Source of the DNA: Eledone cirrhosa
Taxonomy: Eukaryota
Reading direction: 5' to 3'
Length of the DNA stretch: 64,000 nt
Assembly (NCBI GenBank): GCA_964016885.1
Contig: OZ024756.1
Location: forward strand, 5,332,001-5,396,000
Shown piece after piece: positions 13,340 through 27,575 of this stretch. The position numbers and the translations under genes were made by a program. The stretch's first letter is position 1. Every line of letters begins with the position of its first letter. The notes under the pieces are model-generated. The model was not told the origin of the DNA and ran no database searches. It worked only from the letters and a program-made list of their open reading frames with translations.

Positions 13340-16300
13340 ATCGCGGTGGCATGCGTCTAACGACCAAGAGACAAGCTTGGTGGCAAGACTATGTGACAAC
13401 CGGTCAGCCTTCGACCTCTCATTCTCCACCAACTTCGGCACGCACGAGAGGATCTAACTTGTCCCCACCTACCCCCTCCTCCCTTTCACCGAAGATTCCG
13501 AGCGAATTCCACCCGGCCAACCCCACCACCCCTACAACTGTTAGCCCACCACTCAGCCTACGCTGTAGTCACACCGTTAGAACCACTGTTGCCTCTTTTA
13601 CTGACTCACTCCCTCCAGCGAATTCCAACGCTGGCCCTCTACTGCCGGCTGCTGCCAGCCCATCACCTGATAGCGCTCTCTGTGCCCGCACTAGCCGGTA
13701 CTTAAATACAATTAAATGTCACCTATGCCACGCAAGCTACCACAGAAGTTGTGTCGGCATCACTAAAGCTCAAGCCGAAAGGCTTCATTACTGGACCTGT
13801 AATCGGTGCCACTTCAACTCCGACGTATTCCGTGGGAATGCTCCACGCTTCGATGACTAACTCTCTACCGAGGACTTTGCCACATCCCTGCAGGGTTTCT
13901 CCAAATCTAAGCTCGTTAACCGGATCCGTAAGCGAACTCGGAATAGCTTTGCACGTGCCCTCTCTAATTTATTGAAAAACATTTGCTCGTCCAACAATAA
14001 GTCTGATTGGCAGAAATTGTTTTTGTTTCCCCTCATCTCTCTTCATGTACACAATGCGAATTCGGGTCCCCCCACGTCCTCTCTCAAGCAGCAGTTGCAG
14101 CTGTTTGAGTCCACCCCAACCACGTCTCATGTCAGTTGGACATCGAGCTCGGTGTCCACCAATTGACAACCGGTAGACCTCAAGCGAGCGGACAATGCCA
14201 AATTCAGCGAATTTGACATTAAAGGGGCTGTCCGTCTCCTCTCTTCTCTGTCCTCCCTTGCTCCGTGCAACTTTGATTCTCTTGAGCGACTGAAAGAGAA
14301 GCACCCATCGGCATCCCCAGATGATCAGCTACACTGGTCCGAACCACCAGAAAACTCGAGACCGGTTAACAGCACCGATTTCATCCTTACCCGCTGGGTC
14401 AGGCGGGGGAATTGACGGCCTGCGTCCTCAACACCTCAAGGATGGCATCTCCTTATCGGCCGGTGACGCTGGACTCGAGCTCTTGGTGAGTCTGACTCAG
14501 TTTGCGAATCAGTTCTCTTCAGTGAACGTTCTCCCCTTCATCCGCCCACTTCGGTGCGAAGCTATTTGATCTCACCAAGCCCAACGGAGACCTCCGCCCT
14601 ATTGCGGTTGGCTGCACCTTCGCCGCCTCACAAAGGTGTGTTTGCTGTTGGTCTCCTACTCACTGGCGGAGGAGTTCTCCCCCATCCAGCTGAGGGTGGG
14701 TACCAAGTTTGGATGTGAGGCTGCTGTCCACGCTACCAGAGCATTTACAAACTTGCCCTCCTCGTCCCCCAAGGTCATCCTCAAACTTGACCTCAGGAAC
14801 GCCTTTAACTCCGACATCCGCGACGTCGTCCTCGGTTCAGTAAGAGAGAGGGTCCCACAACTCTACCCCTTTGCTTAGTAGGCTTATCGAGCGCCCTCCT
14901 ACCTCTCTTTCGGTAACCAAATCATCACCTCTGCCTCAGGAGTCCAACAGGGTGAATCACTCGCGCCCGCTCTATTTGCACTGGGCATTGATGACGTCAC
15001 CAAGATGGGGGTTGAATTGGACCTCAATGTCTGGTACCTCGACGACGCCAGTTTGGGGGGAACTCCGGATATGGTTCTCGCCACTGCCAACCAGATGGTT
15101 GAGGAACTTGGCCGCCGGGGTCTCCAGGTCAATAGATCCAAATTTGAGCTCTGGATCCTCAACCATCCGGCTTCTCAACACCAACAGCTGATCGACCTGT
15201 TTGCAGAGTTCTTCCCTTCTATCGCGGTCCCTCCCCCAGCGGCTTGGTGCTCCTTAGGAACCCCAATCACAGACCTTGCCTTCGAGTCAATCTTCCAATA
15301 GAAGATGATTGGCCTTGGGAAGTTACATCTAACTCCATCAAGGTTTCTTCATACTCAGGAACTACCTATTTATTTCTAAGCTTCTGTATCTGCTCAGGGT
15401 CAGCTCCTCTCACAAATTTCCGCCCTGCCACCAACTATTCGACGACCTAATCTTCGAGAGACTCGAGTGCCTGGTCAATGTTAGACTCTCTCTAGAGTCC
15501 CGCGATCAGGCTGCGTTGCCCAAGCGATTTGGGAGTCTTGGTCTTCGTAAGTGTTCGTCCCTCTCTCTCTCCTGCTTCCTTTCCTCCACCTACACTTGGT
15601 ACACCCTGGTGAGCAGCATCCTCTCCTCTCCAACATGGACTAGTTGCAACAGAGAGTTGGGTGAAGCAATGGAGTGAGTTGGGCTTGTCTCTTCCTGAGA
15701 AGGTGGAGGACAGTCGAAGTCAGAGAACTTGGGACAGCATAAGTTCGAATGCCACCTTCGACTCCCTCTTCGTCCAGTCAGATCATTTTGCTAAGTGCAG
15801 CTTACTATCTGCCAGCGCCAAATACTCAGGCGACTGGGTTGATGCCCTACACGGGACCAACATCGGTGGCCAGAACGAACTTCGGGTTTCCATCGCCCTC
15901 ACAGTGGGAGCTGACATCTGCATGGGTTTAAGATGCCGATGCTGCAAACTCCTCGACTCCACAGGCCGCCACGGTCTTTCTGAATGCCGGCCGCTTCGCA
16001 TGTCAGACAGAGCTAAACCTCATCCCCAAGAGAGCTTTGGCCCGGGCGAACATCCCCTCAGTCTTGGAACCACTTGGGTTATCCAGAAGTGACGGCAAAA
16101 GACCTGACGGCCTTGCCTTGTGCCCCTGGGACGTCACTGTTAGAGACTCTTTTGCTCTCTCCCACATCATAGATGATGCGGTTAGGACGAGAGCCACAGC
16201 TTCAGCAGCCGAGCGGATAAGACCCTCAAATACTCTGATCTGTCGGCCAGCTATCTCTTTCAGCCTGTGGCTTTCGAGACGTTTGGGGCTGTCGGGTCGC

Positions 16301-16770
16301 TGACTGCGAGGTTCCTCTTCACTGGCGGCTCGCCTAATAGCGGTAACTGGTGAATCTCGCGAGGGCGCTTGGCTGTTCCAGCGCATTAGCCTCGCCATCA
16401 CCTGAGGCAACGTTGCGAGTGTGCTGGCTTGCCTCAAAAGTCATTAGAGAGGTCGCCCAGTACCCCTCGCTGCTGTCTTTTGCTCTGGTGTTGGCTCGGT
16501 TATTCACCCCTTCCTTGACATTTTCTTTACTGTTTTAAACGAGGATTTATTTTTGTTTTTGTTTAGAACTGTTTGGTATTCCTTCTTCAGTTTCCACACA
16601 GTTTTTTTTTTCTCTCTTCTTTTATTTAAATATTGCCTTTCTCCTTTTTTGCTCTTTCTTGCTCTTGTGCTGGCATATAAACATAACTGCAGACATCAAT
16701 GTTTCTGGGTGATTACCCTTCATCAATGCCGTTTACTGCTCACCTACAAACTGTCAGAACTAGTGTGAAT
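13340..16770 (+). mobile_element. Decayed CRE-like non-LTR retrotransposon (PHD-like finger, RT, restriction-like endonuclease)
   Basis: Fragments CHLCHASYHRSC..WTCNRC, GIDGLRPQHLKD, RPIAVG, GCEAAVHA, KLDLRNAFNS, GVQQG, WYLDD, DGKRPDGL..WDVT; several stops and frameshifts; ends approximate. Confidence 0.85.
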
Positions 16771-17128
16771 ATATAATATTTTTTGAAATATACAGTGATA
16801 TATATATGTATATATATCACTATATATTTAACAGTATATGCATTTGTGTGTATATATTTGTATATTTATCATAACATGCATTTGTATATACATATTTGTA
16901 TGATGCACTTAATGAATTACATAGTATGAATCAATTTGATTCATATAAACATATTAAAATATATATATATAACATTAATACGATTATATCATTCCATTAG
17001 GATCACCCCTTGTTCATACATCTATAGGTTTAGTTGAACCTGATTCCACAATAGATATAGCATGTACTTCGTTTTACAGTATTGATATCGTCGAGTAGTC
17101 GATTATATCTCTGTATTATATATATATA

Positions 17129-17316
17129 GGGCGGTGAATTGGCAGTATCGGTAGAGGGTTGGACGCCATGCTTTCTAGCATAGTTACGTCCCTTTACAGT
17201 CTGAGTTCAAATCCCGCCGAGGTTAACTTTGCCTTTCATCCTTACGGGGTCGATAAAATAAAGTACCAGTAATGTACTGGGTAATTGCTGGCCTTGTGCC
17301 TAAAGTAGAAACAATT
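17129..17316 (+). mobile_element. SINE family 1, full length (tRNA-like head plus conserved central domain)
   Basis: A-box-like tggcagtatcggt, B-box gagttcaaatcc, central gcctttcatccttacggggtcgataaaataaagtaccag; more than 10 copies in window. Confidence 0.88.
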
Positions 17317-17639
17317 ATATATATATAACCTATTGTAATGTAATAAGATAATAATACTTACAACCATAATTCTTCATATAATATAATTGATTATAATTAT
17401 TAAATATTATAACTCATAATATAGGTAAATAAATTTAAATTTAAACTCTGGAATCATATTCCACCCTTTTCCCCAAAATTAACGTAAATACATGCTCTTC
17501 CTTTTTGTTCTTTCCTACGCATACAAACACATATCATAATTATTTAAATTCTCCATAGCATCTAAAATAACGTCTTTTCAGCCCTTTACCTCAACCTCAT
17601 TTGCATACTCATCTTAACATTTCTTCTATTATCCCTTCA

Positions 17640-17907
17640 CTATCCAAGGAAAACTTGAACCGTTTAGGTATTTTCCTTGGTTATGTCAAAATTTATAAAA
17701 CACACTTCGTATTTTATCTGATGAAAGCGTACCAAAGTTTTGGTACCCTTGAAATATATATAATAGAATAAATATGGTTTTATAAATATAGTTTCCATTT
17801 ATTTAATATCATTGAATTATACTCCAGAAAAATCTGTCGAGTGCTCTGAATCAGATATAAACATTTATATTTGTTGGATTACCAACACATTGAATATGCC
17901 TTCTGCT
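17640..17907 (+). mobile_element. Family A HHR element copy
   Basis: Shares taaatatggttttataaatatagtttccattt and the HHR with the 8145-9188, 39370-39630 and 42594-43014 copies. Confidence 0.8.
17710..17770 (+). ncRNA. Minimal hammerhead ribozyme, family A
   Basis: tattttat-CTGATGA-aagcgtacc...ggtaccctt-GAAA-tatata-TA|atagaata; stem substitutions relative to the 9081 copy preserve pairing. Confidence 0.8.
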
Positions 17908-17966
17908 TATATATATATATATGAAAGTATTGAAGTTTGCTTGAAGCATTGTGGAATAATAGGTAA

Positions 17967-18605
17967 ATATCTTTAAGTCGTTTGGAAGCCTCGACAATGC
18001 AAATGGGTAAATCTCCGGGTAACAAGATCCGGTGGTGGAGAGAGATATGTAAGTGGGTGTACGTTGAGATGCGTGGTGTGTATAAGACGTGTCGAGGAAT
18101 GAAAGAAAGAGTATAAAGGATAAAATAAAAATAACAACACGAGAGAGAGTTACCTTGGGAGAGATTTAATTGTCCCTATATATTTCGGATTCACATCCAT
18201 CAAATGGGGTTTTTTCCGGGGTGGGGGAAAGCTTGTCTGTCGGAAAGGTGCGAAACGCGTCCTCCGGTGTTTGTTGTTTTGAATATCTGATATTCAAAAC
18301 AACAAACAGCGGAGGACGCGTTTCGCACCTTTTCGACAGACAACCTTTCCCCCACCCCGGAAAAAAACACCCAGTTGATGGATGTGAATCCGAAATATAT
18401 AGGGACAATTAAATCTCTCCCAACGTAACTCTCTCTCGTGTTGTTATTTTAATTTTATCCTTTATACTCTTTCTTCCATTCCTCGACACGTCTTATACAC
18501 ACCACGCATCTCAACGTACACCCACTTACATATCTCTCTCCACCACCGGATCTTGTTACCCGGAGACTTACCCATTTGCATTGTCGAGGCTTCCAAACGA
18601 CTTAA

Positions 18606-18610
<5 letters not shown>
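17967..18610. mobile_element. Near-perfect 640-bp palindrome, family B
   Basis: Centre ~18287; single arms recur at 43033, 45716 and 49419; contains GAAAcgcgTC (HHR 3' half) with a degenerate 5' core. Confidence 0.85.
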
Positions 18611-18684
<74 letters not shown>

Positions 18685-18704
18685 CATATATACACACAGT
18701 ATTT

Positions 18705-19240
18705 CAAGTTTAATATAGAAATAGCTTCTACAGGACTAGAACTGTTTCATTCGAAGGAGATCATCAGGATGATATCCTTCAAATAAAACATTGCTGGTCC
18801 TCTAGAAGCCATTTCTATATTAGATTTGTTGTTTACACTCTACCAATGTATAAGTACCTTACTTACTATGCTTACCCCCGACTGGACCAGGGACTCACAT
18901 ATATATGCGTATGTGTGTGTGTGTTTATGTGCGTATGTATATGCGCGGATACACAGGCACACACATATCTCTTTCTTATATATATATGTGTGTGTGTGTG
19001 TATGCGTGTGGGTGTGTGTATGTTTGTGTGTTTGTGTATTCCAGGTTTAATTGGGGTAACCGCAGTAAGTAAGGTACTCAATACATAGTAGAGTATAAAT
19101 ATTTAATATAAAAATGGCTTCTACAGGACTAGAACTGTTTCATAAGAAGGAAATCACCACGCAAGCCGACAGTCGGCTTTCCTGATGATTTCCTTGGATT
19201 GAAACAGTTCTAGTCCGGTAGAAGCCATTTTTATATTAAT
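18705..19240. mobile_element. Family E: nested inverted repeats with degenerate HHR
   Basis: Hairpins at 18712-18822 and 19100-19240; 18835-18890 inverted at 19040-19098; another fragment at 28066-28197. Confidence 0.7.
19175..19226 (+). ncRNA. Degenerate hammerhead ribozyme, family E
   Basis: ggctttc-CTGATGA-tttccttggatt-GAAA-cag.ttctagtc.c(g/t)g-TA|gaagcc; weak stem II. Confidence 0.4.
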
Positions 19241-19316
19241 TATATATTGGGTCGTATGAACTTTGTAGATATCTCTTTTTTTTCTACAAATTTCTACACA
19301 TTTCATACTTGACGAC

Positions 19317-19417
<101 letters not shown>

Positions 19418-20752
19418 CTAGAGAGCGAGAGAGAGAGTAGTCTCTTGTTCTTGTTTCTATCTTTGCTCCTCTCATCAAGAAAACATATACCGCTTCTCCT
19501 TCCCATGTGTTCACACGTTTCACTGCTAATTTCTTCAGAAATAATACGCCATCCACAGCTACGAACTTTTTCATTTCAACAATCAAATATTTTTCTCCAC
19601 GTCAATAGCGAAATATTTAAAATCCGAACGCAAAGTTTGCCCTTACAGTTCACTGGTTGTAATATCCGGAAAAATTTCTTTCCACGTGCCGGAACAGTGA
19701 CAAAACATTCCTCCTGGGCCAAAAACAACATCATGAACAAGAACAAAACCTTGGCTATGAACCAGTGTAATTTTACAGCTCAGCGATGTAAGGTATCTCA
19801 CGCCCGAACTTGTTTTCGCAGAGGCAGGTTCTGTTCAAACAGTGATCTATATAATGATATTCCACCACACGTTGCTAATATGTAAGTCTTAATAACGTAT
19901 CATACCACAGCCAAAGCATCTTTGTTAATATTGACAGCTTGAGACACCAGAGGCTCAAAAAAACTTTTATTTGTCAATATGTAATGTACTGCGTTCGGTA
20001 ATCAAATATATATATATATGTATGTATGTATATATGTATATATATATATGTATGTATATATGTATGTATATATGTATATATATATATATATGTATGTATA
20101 TGTATGTATATGTATGTATATATATATATATATGTATGTATATATGTATATATTTATATATGTATATATTGTATGTATGTATATATGTATATATATGTAT
20201 GTATATATATATATGTATGTATATATGTATGTATATATGTATATATATATATGTATGTATATATATATATATATATATGTATGTGTATATGTATATATAT
20301 ATATATATATCATATGTATATATATATATCTTATGTATATATATATATAATATGTATATATATATATCTTATGTATATATATATATCTTATGTATATATA
20401 TATATCTTATATATATATATATATATATATAATGTATATATATGTATATATATATATATATATCTTATGTATATATATATATCTTATGTATATATATATA
20501 TATCTTATGTATATATATATATATATATAATGTATATATATGTATATATATATATCTTATGTATATATATATATATATCTTATGTATATATATATATATA
20601 TATCATATGTATATATATATATATATATCTTGTGTATATATATATATATCTTATGTATATATATATGTTATGTATATATATATAATGTATATATATGTAT
20701 ATATATCTTATGTATATATATATATATATATCTTATGTATATATATATATAT

Positions 20753-20817
<65 letters not shown>

Positions 20818-20849
20818 TATGTATATATATATATATATATCTATATATC

Positions 20850-20887
<38 letters not shown>

Positions 20888-20931
20888 TATATATATATAT
20901 ATATATATCTTATGTATATATATATATCTAT

Positions 20932-22154
<1,223 letters not shown>

Positions 22155-22273
22155 GTATATCTTATGTATATATATATATATATCTTAAGTTTATATATAT
22201 ATATATGTATCTTATATATATATCTATATCTTATATCTATATCTATATCTTATCTCTATATATATATATATAT

Positions 22274-22390
<117 letters not shown>

Positions 22391-22398
22391 GTATATCT

Positions 22399-22443
<45 letters not shown>

Positions 22444-22570
22444 GTATATCTTATGTATATATATATATATATCTTAAGTTTATATATATATATATATATA
22501 TGTATCTTATATATATATGTATATCTTATATCTATATCTATATCTTATCTCTCTCTATATATATATATAT

Positions 22571-22688
<118 letters not shown>

Positions 22689-22692
22689 TATA

Positions 22693-23601
22693 TCTATATA
22701 TATAAAACTGTGGTTGTCTGTCTGTCTATCGATTTTTGGCACACATCTCCTCTTAGAATCTCTCACGGAATTGCACCGAAATTGCTATACTTGTACATTG
22801 AGCCCTAGCGAAGACATCGGAAAAAAATATTTCAAATTGACCCACCCTATGTGACGAAATCGAATATAATGTATCGATTTTTGAGCGTAAGTTATCAGTT
22901 ATTTCCCTTTGTTCTGTTTACATTGAGCGTCTTACGTAAAAAATTACGCTGGCTTTCTCAGCGTTTAAAATGACATTAACACAATACACGAACAGTTGTC
23001 GAGCCAGCAAAATATTGACCTGCAAAATTCATCAGTTCGAACACTAAGCCTCCGTTTTGCTTCATTTCCATTTAAAAGCATTTTAAAACAATATTTTTAC
23101 TTGAAAACAAGTCTATTTAAAGACTACGTAAAACAAGCAAATATTTCGTCGTTAGGCGTGCAGACAGACAGTCGTGCAGACAGACAGTCGTGCAGAGAGG
23201 TGATATACGCGTGCAGGCAGACAGTCGTGCAGAGAGATGATATAGGCGTGCAGACAGACAGTCGTGCAGAGAGGTGATATAGGCGTGCAGACAGACATAA
23301 CTGATAATTTGGTTAGCTAATGTTTTTCTCTGCGTTGCAGTGTTTACATTTTCGATCTTTGTTAATAAATAACCAGTGCAGTTTCTATCCCCAGCATCCT
23401 CTTTTGTTATAACATTCGGGTTATCGTTATGTTTTCTTAACTTCATAAGGCATATTGTTGGTTGAGGGAATATTAATCAAAAACACCACATGCAAGTCTG
23501 CACAGTAGACACTACAGTTTTTAAGCCAAGAAAGAAACTTAACATTGTAACTTTAACACAGCTACTGAGCGACCCCGAGCAACGCCGGGCTTTACTGCTA
23601 G
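22693..23601 (+). mobile_element. Non-autonomous Helitron
   Basis: A|TCTATATATATAAAA 5' end; subterminal hairpin cccg-agcaacgc-cggg; CTAG|T 3' end; internal minisatellite at 23155-23297. Confidence 0.8.
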
Positions 23602-23607
23602 TATATA

Positions 23608-23979
23608 TATAAATTAATAATAATAATGCAGTAAAAACAAAGAACAGGTTCTTTATATTGAAGAATTAATCATTTTACGATCGTTTCTGGGATATATATG
23701 TGTGTTGGTATGTATATCATGTTAAAGATCTATGTAAAAAAATTACAAATTATCAGAAGAGATATACATTCCTTTACCTATAAATGACATCTTCAGACAT
23801 TTCTGAAGATGGCATATTTAGGTGAAGGTATGTATATCTCCTCTGATAATTTGTAATTTTTTTACATAGACCTTTAACATGATATACATACCAATACATG
23901 TATAAATCCCAGAAACGATGAATTTTTCAATATAAGGAACGGGTTCTTTGTTTTTATTTCATTATTTTTATTAATTTAT
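23608..23979. mobile_element. Palindromic HHR element, family H
   Basis: Centre ~23799; consensus of both arms gives cattt-CTGAAGA-tgg...cca-GAAA-cgatcg-TA|aaatg. Confidence 0.75.
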
Positions 23980-24134
23980 CTTGAATCTGTTTTCCTATGA
24001 TTTCATCATATCTTCTATATTTTGATTACATTCAGTTCTTCATACGGATTGGACACTACCGTTTATTCTGACAGATTTATCTATATCTCTCTATATATAT
24101 ATATATATCTTATATATATATATGTATCATATAT

Positions 24135-24690
24135 ATATATAAGTATGTATACGTACATTCATATATGTATACAGACGTACAGTAGTATGTATATATATAT
24201 ACATACATGCACACACATATATATATATATACGTATGGATTTACCGAGCATTTATTATAATGCTCGGTTTGTTTGTAAACAAACATCCCGAATCAAGTCG
24301 TACAGTGTTAAGCAACCATCGTTGACCTTTTGTTCAACACTGACAAAGGAACGATGTACTAGTTTCAAGCTTGTTAGCTATCGTCAGCACCGTATACCTT
24401 CCTGCCAGATGACCAAACGTCTGAAAGTATATACTTTCTTTATGCATATTAACGGCTGAGTAGCCTAATTTGCATATCGAGTAGGTTAATCGGCCGGGCG
24501 CACCGAAATCGATAAATGAAAAAAATGAAACGAAATTTCATTTCATTTCCCACTCTTAGTACGGCCGTTACTTAAATATAAGTATGTATACGTACATACA
24601 TATATGTATACCGACGTACAGTAGTATGTATATGTATACATACATGCACACATATATATATATGTACGTATGGATTTACCGAGCATTTAT
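24135..24690 (-). mobile_element. Retrozyme-like element, family D (~439-nt monomer plus ~110-bp terminal direct repeat)
   Basis: 24141-24255 repeats at 24580-24690; central HHR. Confidence 0.8.
24351..24393 (-). ncRNA. Minimal hammerhead ribozyme, family D
   Basis: acggtg-CTGACGA-t.agc-taacaa-gct.t-GAAA-ctag-TA|catcgt. Confidence 0.75.
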
Positions 24691-24995
24691 CGAAACTTGA
24701 GCTGATCAGTGGCGAAACACGCGTCACCTATCAATAAATGCAATGAAGGAGTAATCAATCGTCCTTGTTATCCTTTCACTATATATATATATATATATAT
24801 ATCTTATGTATATATATATTTATATATATAAAAATAATACTAGTAAAAATAATAAATGTGAATACTAAAATCCAAAGAGGGCTCGATACGGATAAATATA
24901 TATCAAATATATAAGAACCGTAGAGCAAATACGACTTCTTTATACCACAAACCTTGTTTTGTCTTCGCATGTAATTGTTTTCTACGTTCCAAATA

Positions 24996-25180
24996 ATTGT
25001 TTCTACTTTAGGCACAAGGCCATCAAATACCTAATACATTACTGGTACTTTATTTTATCGACCCCGTAAGGATGAAAGGCAAAGTCAACCTCGGCGGGAT
25101 TTGAACTCAGATCGTATAGGGACGTAACTATGCTGAAAATCATGGCGTTCGACCCTCCACCGTTACTGCCACTCCACCGT
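24996..25180 (-). mobile_element. SINE family 1
   Basis: Homologous to 17129-17316. Confidence 0.85.
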
Positions 25181-25317
25181 CCTTCTTTGTTCCAAACAAT
25201 GAAGTATTATCTTCGTTTTGTTCCGTTCTTTCCCAGGGAACGTTTCCACGAAACAAAGTATCGTCTTCCTGCCTTCCTCCGGCTGCAACGTTTTTCGAAA
25301 TATTTATATAATTCGAA

Positions 25318-25388
<71 letters not shown>

Positions 25389-25519
25389 GTATATATATAT
25401 ATATCTTATGTTCAAATATATATATATGTATATATCTTATGTATATATATATATATATATATCTTATGTATATATATATATATCTTATGTATATATATAT
25501 ATATATATAAATATATCTC

Positions 25520-25933
25520 ATGATCATCATCGGGTCGAACTTGCTCGGCTTTCTACGACATGTCTCCTGCATCCATCTCTGTCTCTCATAGGTATTGCCA
25601 GTTCTTCCGCAGTGCATCCAGTATCGTCCTCAAGTTGCTTGACGTATGTCTTCTTGGGACGACCAGCGTCTCTTGCTCCTAAACGGCGATATAATCAAGC
25701 AAGTTGACGACTTCAAATACCTGGGTAGCTATATCGCCCCCACAGAACATGATGTTAGCATCAGACTGGGAGAAGCCTGGGGAGCATTGAATGCAATGGA
25801 AAAGATATGGAAATCAAACCTGCCGGCTACCTGAAAAGGAATTTCTTCAGAACTGCTGTGGAATCTGTGCTTGTTTATGGCTGTGTCACTTGGAGGCTAA
25901 CGTCGAAATTGGAGAAAAAGCTAGATGGGGCAT
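25520..25933. mobile_element. Truncated RTE LINE with internal inversion
   Basis: 3' end (GRPRKTYVKQLEDDTG) on minus strand at 25520-25675; upstream part (DFKYLGS...ESVLVYG) on plus strand at 25676-25933. Confidence 0.8.
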
Positions 25934-25942
25934 ATATATCTA

Positions 25943-26008
<66 letters not shown>

Positions 26009-26047
26009 TATGTATATATATATATCTTATGTATATATATATATCTA

Positions 26048-26106
<59 letters not shown>

Positions 26107-26243
26107 AGATATATATACATAAGATATATATATATATACATAAGATATATATATATACATAAGATATATATATATACATAAGATATATATGGATTCTTTC
26201 TCACGTCGTGTAGACGCGTTCTTGAGACAAGTAAAATGAGGTA

Positions 26244-26333
26244 TCCTCTTGATAAGTCGGCAGACCTCGCAGGGACTCTATATCTTTATGATATATTGTT
26301 TTTGTTTATGCCACGAAACTACGTAGTCGAGGA
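26244..26333 (+). ncRNA. Hammerhead ribozyme, U3-A8 variant, family C
   Basis: tcctc-TTGATAA-gt(c)ggca...tgcc.ac-GAAA-ctacgtag-TC|gagga. Confidence 0.75.
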
Positions 26334-26838
26334 ATTTAGGAGCAGTTTGGGTATGATACATTTTATTACTAATTATATCTAAATGTTTCTTCTCTCTTCA
26401 TAATGTATTTTTAACTCTGATACTGGTTCAGTCTGGTTCAACTGAATTGGTCTGTCCCGGTCATTCATTGAGCAACATCGGTGAAGTTGGCACCCTTAAC
26501 TCACAGTTGGGTGCGGATGCATTCATGTATATATGTGTGTGTCCACATGTATCTGTGTGTTTCTAAATATATTGTTAATAACTCCCTCTGGTCGAGCAAT
26601 CTTTGAAGTGTGGGGACAACTGGAAAGCTTCCATTACTCATACTTCTAGCCTTCTTCACCACCTCTTCTGCAGCCTCGATATGAATACCCCCTCCGCCTC
26701 CGTGGTATTTTCTTCGTGGTTATAAGAGGCTTAGCTCTGTTTCTCGACCGTTATATCGCGTGACTATCTCCCCCTCCGCCTTTTGGGATTCTTTCTCACG
26801 TCGTGTAGACGCGTTCTTGAGACTAGTAAAATGAGGTA

Positions 26839-26928
26839 TCCTCTTGATAAGTCGGCAGACCTCGCAGAGACTCTATATCTTTATGATATATTGTTTTTGT
26901 TTATGCCACGAAACTACGTAGTCGAGGA
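26839..26928 (+). ncRNA. Hammerhead ribozyme, U3-A8 variant, family C
   Basis: Second copy, 595 nt downstream of the first. Confidence 0.75.
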
Positions 26929-27004
26929 ATTTAGGAGCAGTTTGGGTATGATACATGTTATTACTAATTATATCTAAATGTTTCTTCTCTCTTCATAATG
27001 TAAG

Positions 27005-27053
<49 letters not shown>

Positions 27054-27140
27054 AATATATATATACACACCCATATATATATATATATATATATCTTATA
27101 TATATATATATATATCTTATGTATATATATATATATATCT

Positions 27141-27175
<35 letters not shown>

Positions 27176-27271
27176 TATGTATATATATATATATATCTTA
27201 TGTGTATATATATATATATCTTATGTGTATATATATATATATATCTTATGTGTATATATATATATATATCT

Positions 27272-27366
<95 letters not shown>

Positions 27367-27399
27367 CTTATGTATATATATATATATATATATATATTA

Positions 27400-27438
<39 letters not shown>

Positions 27439-27457
27439 ATAAATATATATATAAAAC

Positions 27458-27480
27458 TGGAGATACCGGGGATTGAACCC

Positions 27481-27484
<4 letters not shown>
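27458..27484 (-). pseudogene. tRNA 3' fragment (T-arm plus acceptor strand, Ala-like)
   Basis: Minus strand tcccgggttcaatccccggtatctcca followed by gtttt. Confidence 0.6.

Positions 27485-27573
<89 letters not shown>

Positions 27574-27575
<2 letters not shown>

Larger units (their letters stand above)
26191..27002 (+). mobile_element. Retrozyme-like element, family C (595-nt monomer bracketed by two HHR-containing direct repeats)
   Basis: 26191-26407 repeats at 26786-27002; no coding capacity; (TA)n flanks. Confidence 0.88.

Noticed and set aside
19505-19545. Minus-strand CTGAAGA...GAAA candidate
   Set aside because: No convincing stems and no valid NUH site
26783-26977. 64-aa ORF recurring in family C (also 52380 and 52947)
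   Set aside because: Non-ATG start, no recognisable motif, overlaps the ribozyme; recurrence reflects repeat identity
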